Of a DNA stretch of 64,000 nucleotides, positions 21,377-31,740 are shown piece after piece. Numbering within the stretch: the first letter of the stretch is position 1; each line of letters starts with the position of its first letter. The notes beneath the pieces were generated by a model, which saw nothing but the letters and a program-made list of their open reading frames with translations, was not told the DNA's origin and made no database searches. Location: assembly GCA_038131655.1 (NCBI GenBank), contig JAYPPT010000002.1:52517-116516 (forward strand), read 5' to 3'. Source of the stretch: Alphaproteobacteria bacterium. GTDB lineage: Bacteria > Pseudomonadota > Alphaproteobacteria > SMXQ01. The translations under genes were made by a program, and so were the position numbers.

Positions 21377-21860
21377 GTCTATGTCTCCGCGACGATGCCG
21401 CCAGGCCCATATGCGGGCGGCGCATCGCCGTTATGTTGTGCGAAGCCGTTGGCCTGAATCTCGACCCGCGCACAAGGCGGGGAGGGGGTCCGGCCCATCT
21501 TCCGACCGGCGCTTGCGCGCCGTCCGGCGGATCGGCTTCAATCTATTAATACCAACCTCCATTCCGTCTGAGCGCACCGTGGTTGTCCCTTGTCGGCACA
21601 AGAAGAAATCGCCGGGGGGACAAACGCTGCGCCGCTGGGTTCCGGGGCAAGGGCCCGAAATCAGCCGACCGGAGGCATGAACGTCGATTAACATAGGCGC
21701 CCTCTAGGTCTTCCACAATCATATTGTTCGCGCCTATCCCCTTGTGGCGGTGGGGATTTTGCTTTGCCGGGCGGGCTGCGGTGGTGCTGGAAACCTTGCC
21801 CAGCCTGGTATATCTTGCGGTTTGCGCTGGATTTTGCCCCAAGATCATGTGGTCCCTGAC
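21377..21860. promoter_or_regulatory. Long rne 5' leader (candidate autoregulatory UTR) plus the divergent amiC promoter region
   Basis: 484-bp non-coding gap upstream of rne with mixed GC/AT segments. Long structured rne leaders are typical. Confidence 0.3.
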
Positions 21861-23090
21861 GTGAGATTTTTTCGCCAAATCAGCCGTGTACTCCGCCTTT
21901 GCGCCGCCGTGGCGCTGTTTGCGGGGCTTTCGCCCCTGGCCGCGGGGGCGTCTTCAACGGTCAGCAATATCCGGATCGGTGTCCATCCCGACAAGCTGCG
22001 GGTCGTGCTAAAGACCGATGCCAAGTTGCCGGTGTCCGCCTTCGAGCTGGCCGATCCCTATCGTATCGTGGTGGATCTTCCCGACGTCACCTGGCGCATC
22101 GATCCCGCCGACGGCGAGCGCGCGACCGGGTTCATCAGCGGCTACCGCTTCGGCCTGTTCGTCCCCGGCAAGTCGCGCCTGGTGTTCGATCTCAAGCAGC
22201 CTGCCCTGGTCGACAAGGCCTTTCATATCCCGCCGACCGGGGGCCGTCCGTGGCGCCTCGTCATCGATATCAAGGCGGTTGCCGGTACCGTCTTCGCGGC
22301 GCGCGCGGCCAAGCCCCCGCCTGCGCCCGAGCAATCTTCCGGTGCGCGCGCGGCGGTCTTCGTGCCGCCGCCCCGGCCCAAGCCCGAAGGCGCCCAGCGC
22401 AAGCGCGTGGTGGTGCTGGATCCCGGCCATGGCGGCATTGATCCGGGTGCCCTGTCGCGTGGGCGGGGGGTGCGGGAAAAGGACATCACCCTGGCCATGG
22501 CCCGCCAGCTTCGCGACGAACTGGTCCGGCGCGGGCGTTATCACGTCGTGCTGACCCGCGATCACGATATCTTCATTCGACTGCGTGAACGGATCAGCAT
22601 GGCCCGCGCGGCGGGAGCCGATGTGTTCATCAGCCTGCATGCCGATTCCATCCGCAACCGCAAGGTGCGCGGCGCTTCTGTCTATACGCTGTCGGAACGC
22701 GCCTCGGACCGCGAGGCCGCCGACCTGGCGGCCAAGGAAAACAAGTCCGACGTTATCGCGGGCGTGGACCTGACCGGCGAATCGGCCGAGGTGACCAATA
22801 TCCTGATTGATCTTGCCCAGCGTGAAACAATGAACCATTCGGCGGAATTCGCCCGTATCCTGGTGCATGAAATGAGCCGCAATACCAAGTTCCTGCGAAA
22901 ATCCCACCGCTTCGCCGGATTTGCCGTGCTCAAGGCGCCCGATGTGCCGTCGGTGCTGGTGGAGATGGGCTATCTGTCCAATAGCCGCGATGTCAGCCAG
23001 CTTACCAGCCGGACCTACCGTGCCGGCCTTGCCGCGGCCATTGCCGACGGCGTGGATGGCTATTTCGCGAGCCTTCGCGATGGCCGTTAG
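21861..23090 (+). CDS. amiC: N-acetylmuramoyl-L-alanine amidase (AMIN domain + Amidase_3)
   Basis: GTG start, signal peptide, AMIN-like N-terminal domain, Amidase_3 motifs (VVLDPGHGGIDPGA...). Confidence 0.8.
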   Translation: MRFFRQISRVLRLCAAVALFAGLSPLAAGASSTVSNIRIGVHPDKLRVVLKTDAKLPVSAFELADPYRIVVDLPDVTWRIDPADGERATGFISGYRFGLFVPGKSRLVFDLKQPALVDKAFHIPPTGGRPWRLVIDIKAVAGTVFAARAAKPPPAPEQSSGARAAVFVPPPRPKPEGAQRKRVVVLDPGHGGIDPGALSRGRGVREKDITLAMARQLRDELVRRGRYHVVLTRDHDIFIRLRERISMARAAGADVFISLHADSIRNRKVRGASVYTLSERASDREAADLAAKENKSDVIAGVDLTGESAEVTNILIDLAQRETMNHSAEFARILVHEMSRNTKFLRKSHRFAGFAVLKAPDVPSVLVEMGYLSNSRDVSQLTSRTYRAGLAAAIADGVDGYFASLRDGR

Positions 23091-23231
23091 CGCCATACCG
23101 TCGCCACTTTCCGCCGTTAAGGGAAAGGCAGTGAATCCGGCACAACATCAGTCTAGATTTGGGACATCGGGCGTTCCGCCACGGCCCGTGCGGGCGGTGC
23201 GCAGAACTCGGCCGGGCAACGACAGGGCAAT

Positions 23232-25649
23232 ATGCGTTTTCTGACCATCACCTTTGGCGGTCTCCTGATTGCGGCGATTTTTGCGGCGGTGGGGGTGCTT
23301 GGCCTGTTTTTCTATTTCGGCAGGGGACTGCCGGACTACAACCAGCTCGCGGTTTACGAGCCGCCGGTGATGACCCGCGTGCACGCGGGCGACGGCAGCC
23401 TGATTACCGAATACGCGACCCAGAAGCGCGTTTTCGTGCCTATCGGCGCGATGCCCAAGCTGGTGATCAAGGCTTTCCTCGCGGCCGAAGACAAGAATTT
23501 CTATTCCCATCCCGGCGTTGATTTTCTGGGTGTGGCGCGCGCCGCGGTTACCAATCTTCTGCAATTCGCCACGGGCCGCCGTCCGGTGGGGGCCAGCACG
23601 ATCACGCAGCAGGTGGCGAAAAATTTCCTGCTGACCAACGAGGTTTCGATCGAACGCAAGATCAAGGAAGCGATCCTGGCGTTCCGTATCGAGCGCGCCT
23701 TCACCAAGGACCGTATTCTCGAGCTTTACATGAACGAGATTTATCTCGGTTTCGGTTCTTACGGCGTTGCGGCGGCGGCGCTCAACTATTTCAACAAGCC
23801 GCTCGATGAACTGAGCATCGCCGAGGCAGCGTATCTGGCGGCACTGCCCAAGGCGCCGAGCAACTATCATCCAATCCGCAATCACGGCGCGGCCAAGGGG
23901 CGGCGCAACTGGGTGGTGGAGCGGATGCTCGAGGAAGGGTTTATTTCCGCGTCCCAGGCGGCGGCGGCGAAAGCCGTGCCGCTGGTCGTGCGTGAGCGCG
24001 AGGCGACGCTGCTGACCCGCGCCGAGTATTTCGCCGAGGAAGTGCGCCGCGAACTGTTCGAGCGATATGGCGAGAGCCAGCTTTATCGCGGTGGGCTTTC
24101 GGTGCGTACGACGCTGGAGCCGCGCCTTCAGGCCCTTGCCGACCGCGTGTTGCGCGACGGCCTTGTCGCCTATGATCGCCGTCACGGCTGGCGCGGGCCG
24201 CTGGCCCGCCTGGAAGGCGAGGCGGGGACCCCGGCGCCGGGCACGGACTGGGCACGCAAGCTGGCCGCCCGGCAAATCAAGATACCCGATAACTGGCGCC
24301 GCGCCGTGGTGCTGCTGTCCGGACCGGCGGAGGCCGTCATCGGATTTACCGATGCGAGCCGTGGCCGCATTCCGCTGGCCGATCTTGCCTGGGCCCGGAC
24401 TGCCCTGAAAAAGGGCCGGCGCGGCCCCGCGGTGAAATCGGCGGCCCAGGTGCTGATGCCGGGGGATGTCATCGCCGTGGAGCCGGTCGCGGGTGATGTC
24501 TACAGCCTGCGCCAGGTGCCGGAAATAGAAGGCGGCATCGTCGCGCTCGATCCCCACACCGGGCGGGTGCTGGCGATGTCGGGCGGCTTCGCCTTTGCCG
24601 AATCACAGTTCAACCGCGCCACCCAGGCCGAACGCCAGCCCGGTTCGGCCTTCAAGCCTTTCGTTTACCTGGCGGCGCTGGATTCGGGGTTCACGCCCGC
24701 GTCGCGCATTCTCGATGCCCCCTTCGTCATCGATCAGGGGGCGGGCCTTGGCTTGTGGAAACCGCAGAACTATGCAGCGCGGTTCTACGGACCTTCGACC
24801 ATGCGCCTTGGAATCGAGAAATCGCGCAATCTGATGACCGTGCGTCTGGCGCAAACCATCGGCATGGAAAAGGTCGTGGCCTACGCCAGGAAATTCGGCA
24901 TCAACGACAAGATGAAGCCGAACCTGGCGATGGCCCTGGGGGCGGGGGAAACCACCTTGCTGCGCCTGACCGCCGCTTACGGCATGCTGGTCAACGGCGG
25001 CAAGCGTATTGAGCCGACGTTCATCGACCGCATCCAGGATCGCCACGGGCGGACCATCTTCCGTCATGACGAGCGCGATTGCCCGGCGTGCAAGACTCCG
25101 GGCCTCACGCCCACGGAATTGCCGGGAATGCCGGAAATTCCCGATAATCGCGATCAGGTCGCCGATCCCGGTTCCGCCTTTCAGGTGGTCTCCATGCTGC
25201 AAGGCGTGGTCCAGCGCGGCACCGGGCGGCGTATCGCCGCCGTGGGCAAACCGCTCGCGGGCAAGACCGGGACGACCAATGACAGTTTCGATACCTGGTT
25301 CGTCGGTTTTTCGCCCGACCTTGCGGTGGGTGTGTTCATGGGCTTCGACAAGCCCCGGACGCTCGGCCGCGGGGAAACCGGCTCGTCGGTTGCGGCGCCG
25401 GTGTTCAAGGCTTTCATGGAAACTGCACTCAAGGATCAGCCCGCGATTCCCTTCCGTATTCCGCCGGGCATCCGCATGGTGCGGGCCAACCCGGTGACCG
25501 GGCTGCCCGCGCGTCCCGGCGAACGGCGCACCATTCTCGAAGCCTTCAAGCCCGGCACCGAGCCCACCGGCGACGAAGGCGTGATCGACGGTTCGGGACC
25601 CCTGTCCATGGATGGAAAAGGGGCGCCGGGAACGCGTGGTCTGTATTGA
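23232..25649 (+). CDS. mrcA: Class A penicillin-binding protein 1A (glycosyltransferase + transpeptidase)
   Basis: 805 aa. GT51 motifs (EDKNFYSHPG, RKIKE) and transpeptidase motifs SAFKP and KTGTTND. Confidence 0.9.
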   Translation: MRFLTITFGGLLIAAIFAAVGVLGLFFYFGRGLPDYNQLAVYEPPVMTRVHAGDGSLITEYATQKRVFVPIGAMPKLVIKAFLAAEDKNFYSHPGVDFLGVARAAVTNLLQFATGRRPVGASTITQQVAKNFLLTNEVSIERKIKEAILAFRIERAFTKDRILELYMNEIYLGFGSYGVAAAALNYFNKPLDELSIAEAAYLAALPKAPSNYHPIRNHGAAKGRRNWVVERMLEEGFISASQAAAAKAVPLVVREREATLLTRAEYFAEEVRRELFERYGESQLYRGGLSVRTTLEPRLQALADRVLRDGLVAYDRRHGWRGPLARLEGEAGTPAPGTDWARKLAARQIKIPDNWRRAVVLLSGPAEAVIGFTDASRGRIPLADLAWARTALKKGRRGPAVKSAAQVLMPGDVIAVEPVAGDVYSLRQVPEIEGGIVALDPHTGRVLAMSGGFAFAESQFNRATQAERQPGSAFKPFVYLAALDSGFTPASRILDAPFVIDQGAGLGLWKPQNYAARFYGPSTMRLGIEKSRNLMTVRLAQTIGMEKVVAYARKFGINDKMKPNLAMALGAGETTLLRLTAAYGMLVNGGKRIEPTFIDRIQDRHGRTIFRHDERDCPACKTPGLTPTELPGMPEIPDNRDQVADPGSAFQVVSMLQGVVQRGTGRRIAAVGKPLAGKTGTTNDSFDTWFVGFSPDLAVGVFMGFDKPRTLGRGETGSSVAAPVFKAFMETALKDQPAIPFRIPPGIRMVRANPVTGLPARPGERRTILEAFKPGTEPTGDEGVIDGSGPLSMDGKGAPGTRGLY

Positions 25650-25730
25650 TCCGCAATCCGGTGCTTGTCGGCGCCGCCGTCTTCGTGATTTGATGCGCGC
25701 CCAAATTCCCCGCTTCGGAAGAGAGTTACA

Positions 25731-26857
25731 ATGCGTGCCGAAATAGCAACCGTCGCCGATGAAATCAGGCAGTCCCTCGCGCTGCTGAAGGTATCTTTGA
25801 CTACGATAACGCGGTCAAGGAACTCGAGATCCCTGAACTTCAAGGCGGAAGATCCCCCTTTGGTCCGACCAGGCTGAAGCCCAGCGCGTCATGCGCGCGC
25901 GCACGCAACGGCTGGAGCAGGGCTCGGCCGTTTTGATGAGCTGGAGCGCGGGTTCAACGACAGTCTCGAACTGCTTGAGATGGCGGAAGCCGAAAAATGA
26001 TGCCACCGTCACGGCGGACGCGGAAAAAAACCCTGTTTGATATTCGCGACCGCGCCGGAAAAGCTGGAAATCGAAAGCCTGCTGTCGGCGAGGCCGATCC
26101 AACAATTGTTTCCTCGAAGTTCATGCCGGTGCGGGCGGCACGGAATCAGGACTGGGCGGAAATGCTGTTGCGTATGTACACGCGCTGGGCCGAAGCGCAC
26201 GACTACAAGGTGTCCTGGGTGGAAGAAAGCCCCGGCGAGGAGGCCGGGATCAAATCCGCGACGGTAAAGGTCACCGGCGATAATGCCTACGGCTGGCTCA
26301 AGTCCGAAAGCGGCGTGCATCGCCTGGTGCGCATTTCGCCTTACGATTCGGCGGCGCGGCGCCATACCAGCTTCGCCAGTGTCTGGGTTTACCCGGAAGT
26401 GGACGATTCGATCGAGATCGAGATCAACGACAAGGATTTGCGCATAGATACCTACCGGGCGTCGGGCGCCGGTGGTCAGCACGTCAACAAGACCGATTCG
26501 GCGATCCGCATCACCCATTTGCCGACGAATATCGTCGTGCAGTGCCAGACCGACCGTTCCCAGCACCGCAACCGCGCGGCGGCTTTCGCCATGTTGCGCG
26601 CAAGACTGTACGAGCGTGAGTTGCAGATGCGCGAAGAAGCGGCCGAGGCAACCCGAGGGGCAAAATCCGATATCGGCTGGGGCAGTCAGATTCGGTCCAC
26701 CGTGTTGCAGCCCTACCAGATGGTCAAGGACCTGCGCACCGGGGTGGAAAAAGGCAATGCCCAGGGCGTGCTTGACGGCGATCTCGATGATTTCATGGCG
26801 GCGTCGCTGGCGCAGCGCGTCAGCGGCGAGACCAAGACGGTCGAGGATATCGACTAG
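25731..26857 (+). pseudogene. prfB: Peptide chain release factor 2, with at least 7 frame disruptions in the first ~400 nt; C-terminal 240 codons intact
   Basis: MRAEIATVADEIRQSLALLK at 25731. RF2 segments DYDNAVKELE / LNFKAEDP / LWSDQAEAQRVMRARTQRLEQGSAV / [21 protein letters not shown] / [11 protein letters not shown] / [10 protein letters not shown] / [16 protein letters not shown] appear in alternating frames. The frame is then continuous from [11 protein letters not shown] to the end ([21 protein letters not shown]). Confidence 0.8.
25792..25801 (+). promoter_or_regulatory. Canonical RF2 programmed +1 frameshift site (TAT CTT TGA C)
   Basis: tatctttgac is followed by DYDNAV in the +1 frame, as in autoregulated prfB. 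The upstream SD-like AGGGGG is not intact. Confidence 0.6.
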
Positions 26858-27669
26858 CCATTTTTGCCCGGCGCACGCAGGTCGCGATACCAGTCCGGCG
26901 TCAGCCCAGCCTGGGCGCGGGCGGTTTCGTTGAACGGGGCTTTCAGCGCGCCCCTGAACCGCTGGCCGGCCAGTTGGCGCCAGGCTGCGCGCGGTGTCAT
27001 GCCGCGCTCGCGGGCGACGCGTTCGAACCATTTGTGGCCGATGGCGACATGGCCGATTTCATCACGATACACAACGCCGAGCAGGTCCGCCGTTGCGTCA
27101 TCGCCGAAGCGGCGCATACGTGCGATCATCGTCGGCGTGACGTCGAGCCCGCGCGCTTCCAGCACCAGTGGCACGATGGCAAGCCGTGCCAGGATGTCGT
27201 CGGTGGTGGCGGCGGCTGCTTCCCACAGGCCGTCATGGGCGGACAGGTCGCCGTATGCCGCGCCGCATTCCAGCAGGCGGGCGTGGATCATCTCGAAGTG
27301 CCGCGCTTCTTCTGCCGCGACGCGGAGCCAGTCGGTAATGAATTCCGGCGCGATACGGTCATGGGCGAACCGGGCGACGATGTCGGCGGCAAGATCGATG
27401 GCATTCAGTTCGATATGGGCGAGCGCGTGCAGCAGCGCGATGCGTGTCTGGGCCGATTTGCCGGCGCGGCGCTTGGGCATGTCGCGGGGTGCGCGTAGCT
27501 CCGGCCGTGCCGGGCGGGATGGCCGCTCCGGGGCGCCGGGCTCGCCGATGTCGATGATCGCGCCCGAGATCCAGTCCTCTGCCAGCACCCGTGCGGTGCT
27601 GGCCTTGGCCAGCGGGTCGGCGGTCTCCAGGACGGCACGCGCCCGCCGGATCAGGGTCGGCGCGCTCAT
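26854..27669 (-). CDS. Ferritin-like DUF455 family protein
   Basis: 271 aa. The conserved pattern [10 protein letters not shown]...EEARHF is typical of DUF455. Confidence 0.7.
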   Translation of the reverse strand: MSAPTLIRRARAVLETADPLAKASTARVLAEDWISGAIIDIGEPGAPERPSRPARPELRAPRDMPKRRAGKSAQTRIALLHALAHIELNAIDLAADIVARFAHDRIAPEFITDWLRVAAEEARHFEMIHARLLECGAAYGDLSAHDGLWEAAAATTDDILARLAIVPLVLEARGLDVTPTMIARMRRFGDDATADLLGVVYRDEIGHVAIGHKWFERVARERGMTPRAAWRQLAGQRFRGALKAPFNETARAQAGLTPDWYRDLRAPGKNG

Positions 27670-27752
27670 GTCCGATCCCGGGCGCAGGCTTCTTGGGCTG
27701 TCATGGCGGGTTCTGTATCATGCCGGTGTAGCAACAGGTGGGGGAGGCCGAT

Positions 27753-28136
27753 ATGCACAAGCAGTTGAAACCCGCGGGTCTGCGGAGCAATCCCAATTAC
27801 AGCCAGGGGATCGTGGTGGCGCCGGGCCAGCGGCTCCTCGCCGTCGCCGGACAGACAGGCCAGCGCGCCGACGGTTCCGTGCCCGACGGCATCGCGGCCC
27901 AGGCCGAGCTGGCCTGGGGCAATGTCATGACGGTTCTGCGCGAAGCGGGAATGGGACCCGAACATATCGTGCATTACACCTCCTACCTGGTGGCGGGCAC
28001 GGACACGGTGCCCTATGACGAGGCGCGCCTGCGTCATCTCGGGGCGGCGCGTCCGGCCTCGACCAAGATCTACGTTGCCGGACTTGCCCGGCCCGCGCTC
28101 CTGTGCGAGGTGCAGGCCTTCGCCGCCGCGCCCTGA
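27753..28136 (+). CDS. RidA-family protein (second copy)
   Basis: ATG at 27753 is preceded by GGGGGAGG. Sequence is YjgF/RidA-like. Confidence 0.7.
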   Translation: MHKQLKPAGLRSNPNYSQGIVVAPGQRLLAVAGQTGQRADGSVPDGIAAQAELAWGNVMTVLREAGMGPEHIVHYTSYLVAGTDTVPYDEARLRHLGAARPASTKIYVAGLARPALLCEVQAFAAAP

Positions 28137-28142
28137 AAGAGA

Positions 28143-28607
28143 CTAGATTTCCTTCGCCGCCTTGAGCACTTCGTCGGCGTGGCCGTCGACGGAGACCTTG
28201 CGCCAGGCCTTGGCGATCTTGCCCTTTTCGTCGATCAGGAAGGTGGAGCGTTCCACGCCCATCGTCTTCTTGCCGTACATGTTCTTTTCCTTCCACACCT
28301 CATAGGCCTTGATCGCCTTGAGGTCGGGATCGGCAGCGAGGGTGAAGTTAAGTTCGTACTTGGCCTTGAACTTGTCGTGGCTTTCAGCGGAATCCTTGGA
28401 GATGCCGATGATCTCGACGCCTTCCTTCTTGAACTTGGGATGGCTGTCGCGGAAATCGCAGCTTTCCCGGGTACAGCCCGGCGTGTCGTCCTTGGGGTAG
28501 AAATAAAGCACCACCTTCTTGCCCTTCAGTGCCGACAGCTTGACCTTGCCGCCGCCATCGGTCGCCAGGTTGAAATCGGGGGCCTTGTCGCCTTCGTTGA
28601 GTGCCAT
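28143..28607 (-). CDS. bcp: Thiol peroxidase / peroxiredoxin Bcp
   Basis: 154 aa with the FYPKDDTPGCT peroxidatic Cys motif. Confidence 0.85.
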   Translation of the reverse strand: MALNEGDKAPDFNLATDGGGKVKLSALKGKKVVLYFYPKDDTPGCTRESCDFRDSHPKFKKEGVEIIGISKDSAESHDKFKAKYELNFTLAADPDLKAIKAYEVWKEKNMYGKKTMGVERSTFLIDEKGKIAKAWRKVSVDGHADEVLKAAKEI

Positions 28608-28649
28608 GGTGTGTCTCCTTCTTTCTCTCTGTGTGTCGGCGCCGGTGGC

Positions 28650-31600
28650 TTATGCCGCCGGTGCCTGTTCAGGATCGCCGATCAATTCGATGAAAATGGC
28701 GCGAACATCGCGCGCGGTTCTTTCCATCACTGACTTCAGCGACTCGAAATCGTCCACGCCCGCCGCCTTCGCCAGTGCCTGCTTGAGACCGGCGGGAGCC
28801 GCATCCTCGTTAAAGGCGCCGTCATAGGTGAAGCGCAGCATGCCCTGGATTGTACGCCAAAGACGGGCGGCATGGAGCAGGGAATTCGCCGCGCTTGCCG
28901 TCAGCAGCCCGGCTTCCAGCAGCCGGGCGAGCGCCCCGCAGGTGTTGGGATCGAGAACGTTCGGGTTTTCATGGGCGTGGCGCAATTGCAGGTACTGGGC
29001 GATGAATTCCACGTCGATCAGGCCACCGTCGGTATATTTCACATCCCAGATGGGGCTTGCCTTGTGCGCCCGCGCCATGCGTCCACGCATGTCGCGCACA
29101 TCGGTGCGCAGCTTGTCCACATCGCGGGCGCGCGTCAGCACGGCGCGGATGGCGGCTGTGGCGCGCTCGCGCAGATGCCCGGGTCCGGCGATGACGCGTG
29201 CGCGGGTCAGGGCCATGTGCTCCCATGTCCAGGCGGAGGCTGCCTGGTACTGTTCGAACGCGGAAAGCGAGGTGGCGATGGGGCCGGCATTACCCGACGG
29301 GCGCAGGCGCATGTCCACCTCGTACAGCTTGCCTTCGGCGGTGGGGGCGGAAATGGCACTGATCAACTGTTGCGACAGGCGGGCGAAATACTGGCTCGGC
29401 GCCAGTGGCCGCTTGCCGTCCGAAGGGCCATCGGCTTTTTCGCCGCTGCCCTCGGCAGGGTCGTCATACATGAACAGGAGGTCGAGATCCGAGTTTTCCG
29501 TGATCTCGCGGCCACCCAGCTTGCCCAGGGCGACCACGCACATCGCCCGGCCTTCGTCCGCGCCGCGCCCGCCGCCGACGCGGCCATGCTTGCTTTCGAT
29601 ATCGGTGCGCGCAACATCGAACAGCGCCGCAACGACGACTTCCGCCAACTCGCTCAGCGCCAGAACCGCCGCGTCGCAATCCAGCCTGCCGTTAAGCACC
29701 TGCATGCCGATCTTGAACTTCTGGTCATTGGCATAGCGGCGGGACCGGTCCAGGGTTTCTTCGAAATATTCCGCCCGCGCCAGTTCCGCCGCCAGTTCCC
29801 GAGCGAGGGTTTCGCGGGTTTCCAGCGCGCCGTTGAAGTCGCCCGCCAGCACGCCGTCGAGCAGCGATGGATTGGCGGCCAGGTGCAGCGCCAGCTTGGG
29901 CGCCGAGCCCATGATCTCGGCCATCATCGTTAGCAATCCCGGGTTGGCGTGAAACAGCGAGAAAAGCTGGACGCCGGCGGGCAGCCCCGCGAGGAACTGG
30001 TCGAAATTGCGAAACGCCGCGTCGGGGTTGGCGGTCTTGGATAGCGCATCGAGCAGCGTCGGCACCAACTCGGTCAGCAATTCCCGCGCCCGTGCGCTAC
30101 GGGTCGCGCGCCAGCGTCCCCGGTGCCAGGTGCGCACCCTTTCGGAAATCATCGAAGGATCGGAAAAGCCCATGCCTGAAAGTGTCTTCAGGGTTTCGGG
30201 ATCGTCTTCGCCGCCGGTGAAAACCAGGTTGCCGGTGGTGGCCAGGCTCGGGGCTTCCTCGAACAGGTGTGCGTAATATTGTTCGACCCGTGTCAGGTGG
30301 CGGGTCAGTTCGGCGGCGAAGGCGTCGCGTCCGTCGAAGCCGAGAAAAATGGCGAAGCGGTTCAGGGTTTCGTCGTCTTCGGGCAGGCTGTGGGTCTGTC
30401 GATCATCTACCATTTGCAGTCGATGTTCGACCCGGCGCAGGAATTCGTAACTTTCGCGCAGTTCCGCCGCGGCCTTTTCAGTGATGCGGCCCTCCCGCGC
30501 CAGTGCGTCGAGCGTGTCACAGGTCGCCTGGGTGCGTAATCCCGGCACGCGCCCGCCCCAGATCAGTTGCTGGGTCTGGCCGAAGAATTCGATCTCGCGG
30601 ATGCCGCCACGCCCAAGCTTGACGTTGTGCCCATTGACGGCGATCTGGCCGCCGCCGCGATGTGCGTTGATCTGGCGCTTGATCGAATGAATGTCCTCGA
30701 TGGCGGCGAAGTCCAGGTTCTTGCGCCATAGGAAGGGCAGCAGGATATGCAGGAAATCCGCGCCCGCCTCATGGTCACCGGCGATGACGCGGGTCTTGAT
30801 CATCGCGGCGCGTTCCCAGTTTTGGCCCGCGCTTTCGTAGTAGGCCTCGGCAGCGCGCATGGAAACCGCGACGGGGGTCGAGCCGGGATCGGGACGCAGC
30901 CGCAGGTCGGTGCGGAAGACGTAGCCGTCGCGGGTGCGGCTTTCGAGCAGCTTGACGAATCCCTGCACGACGCGAATGTAGAACTGGGGCGGCGACTGGC
31001 GCCCGATGTAGTTGAGCCGTTCGGCGTCGTAAAACGCGATCAGGTCTATATCGCTGGAATAATTCAGCTCATGAGCGCCGAGCTTGCCGAGACCGAGAAT
31101 GAACAGGCCCGCGGTTCGCGACGGCGCCGCGTCGTCGGCAAGTTCGATTTCGTTATCGCGCGCGCCGCGCCACATCATCGTGTCCAGCGCCGTTGTCGCC
31201 GCACGGTCGGCAAAACGCGACAACGCGCCGGTGACCTTGAAAACGTCCCAGGCGCCGGCGATGTCGGCGATGGCGGTGGCGAGCGCGACATCGCGCTTGG
31301 CCAGGCGCAGGGCGGTCATGGTATCGGCCTCGGATCGCTCGCGCTCGGAACCGGCGGCGGCAACCGCCTGGTCGAGCACCGCCTCGGGGCCATCGTGGAC
31401 CAGCCGTCGCAGGGTATCCGGGGCGGCCAGCGCCGCCTGGGTCAAAAACGGGCTGTTGCCGAAAATCGCGTTCAGAAGGGCATGACCGGCGGAATCGGCG
31501 GCAAAATCGCGGGCAAAGGCGCCGATCGCCGTATCGTCGCCGCGCGCGGCGATCTCGGCCCAGCGGGTAAAGCCGGTTTCGGCGGCGCCGGCGTCGGAAG

Positions 31601-31673
31601 CGGCCGGCAACCTTTTGGGATCCGGTAAAAATGTCACCAGTCGGCTTCCTTGTGCTCTGGATTTGCCGCACAC
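28650..31673 (-). CDS. glnE: Bifunctional glutamine synthetase adenylyltransferase/adenylyl-removing enzyme
   Basis: 1007 aa with two nucleotidyltransferase domains (…GKLGGRELNYSSDIDLI… and …GKLGGREITENSDLDLLF…). Confidence 0.9.
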   Translation of the reverse strand: MCGKSRAQGSRLVTFLPDPKRLPAASDAGAAETGFTRWAEIAARGDDTAIGAFARDFAADSAGHALLNAIFGNSPFLTQAALAAPDTLRRLVHDGPEAVLDQAVAAAGSERERSEADTMTALRLAKRDVALATAIADIAGAWDVFKVTGALSRFADRAATTALDTMMWRGARDNEIELADDAAPSRTAGLFILGLGKLGAHELNYSSDIDLIAFYDAERLNYIGRQSPPQFYIRVVQGFVKLLESRTRDGYVFRTDLRLRPDPGSTPVAVSMRAAEAYYESAGQNWERAAMIKTRVIAGDHEAGADFLHILLPFLWRKNLDFAAIEDIHSIKRQINAHRGGGQIAVNGHNVKLGRGGIREIEFFGQTQQLIWGGRVPGLRTQATCDTLDALAREGRITEKAAAELRESYEFLRRVEHRLQMVDDRQTHSLPEDDETLNRFAIFLGFDGRDAFAAELTRHLTRVEQYYAHLFEEAPSLATTGNLVFTGGEDDPETLKTLSGMGFSDPSMISERVRTWHRGRWRATRSARARELLTELVPTLLDALSKTANPDAAFRNFDQFLAGLPAGVQLFSLFHANPGLLTMMAEIMGSAPKLALHLAANPSLLDGVLAGDFNGALETRETLARELAAELARAEYFEETLDRSRRYANDQKFKIGMQVLNGRLDCDAAVLALSELAEVVVAALFDVARTDIESKHGRVGGGRGADEGRAMCVVALGKLGGREITENSDLDLLFMYDDPAEGSGEKADGPSDGKRPLAPSQYFARLSQQLISAISAPTAEGKLYEVDMRLRPSGNAGPIATSLSAFEQYQAASAWTWEHMALTRARVIAGPGHLRERATAAIRAVLTRARDVDKLRTDVRDMRGRMARAHKASPIWDVKYTDGGLIDVEFIAQYLQLRHAHENPNVLDPNTCGALARLLEAGLLTASAANSLLHAARLWRTIQGMLRFTYDGAFNEDAAPAGLKQALAKAAGVDDFESLKSVMERTARDVRAIFIELIGDPEQAPAA

Positions 31674-31740
31674 TGAGGCGTATGTGAACGGCGGTTAAGC
31701 TCCGGAATGGATACTAGCTTTGGTAAGGCGTAGCGCAAAG

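Noticed and set aside
25731-26160. Interpreting all prfB frame changes as programmed recoding
   Set aside because: Only the single CTT-TGA-C site is a known programmed event. The other six or more shifts lack any recoding signal and coincide with shortened homopolymers.
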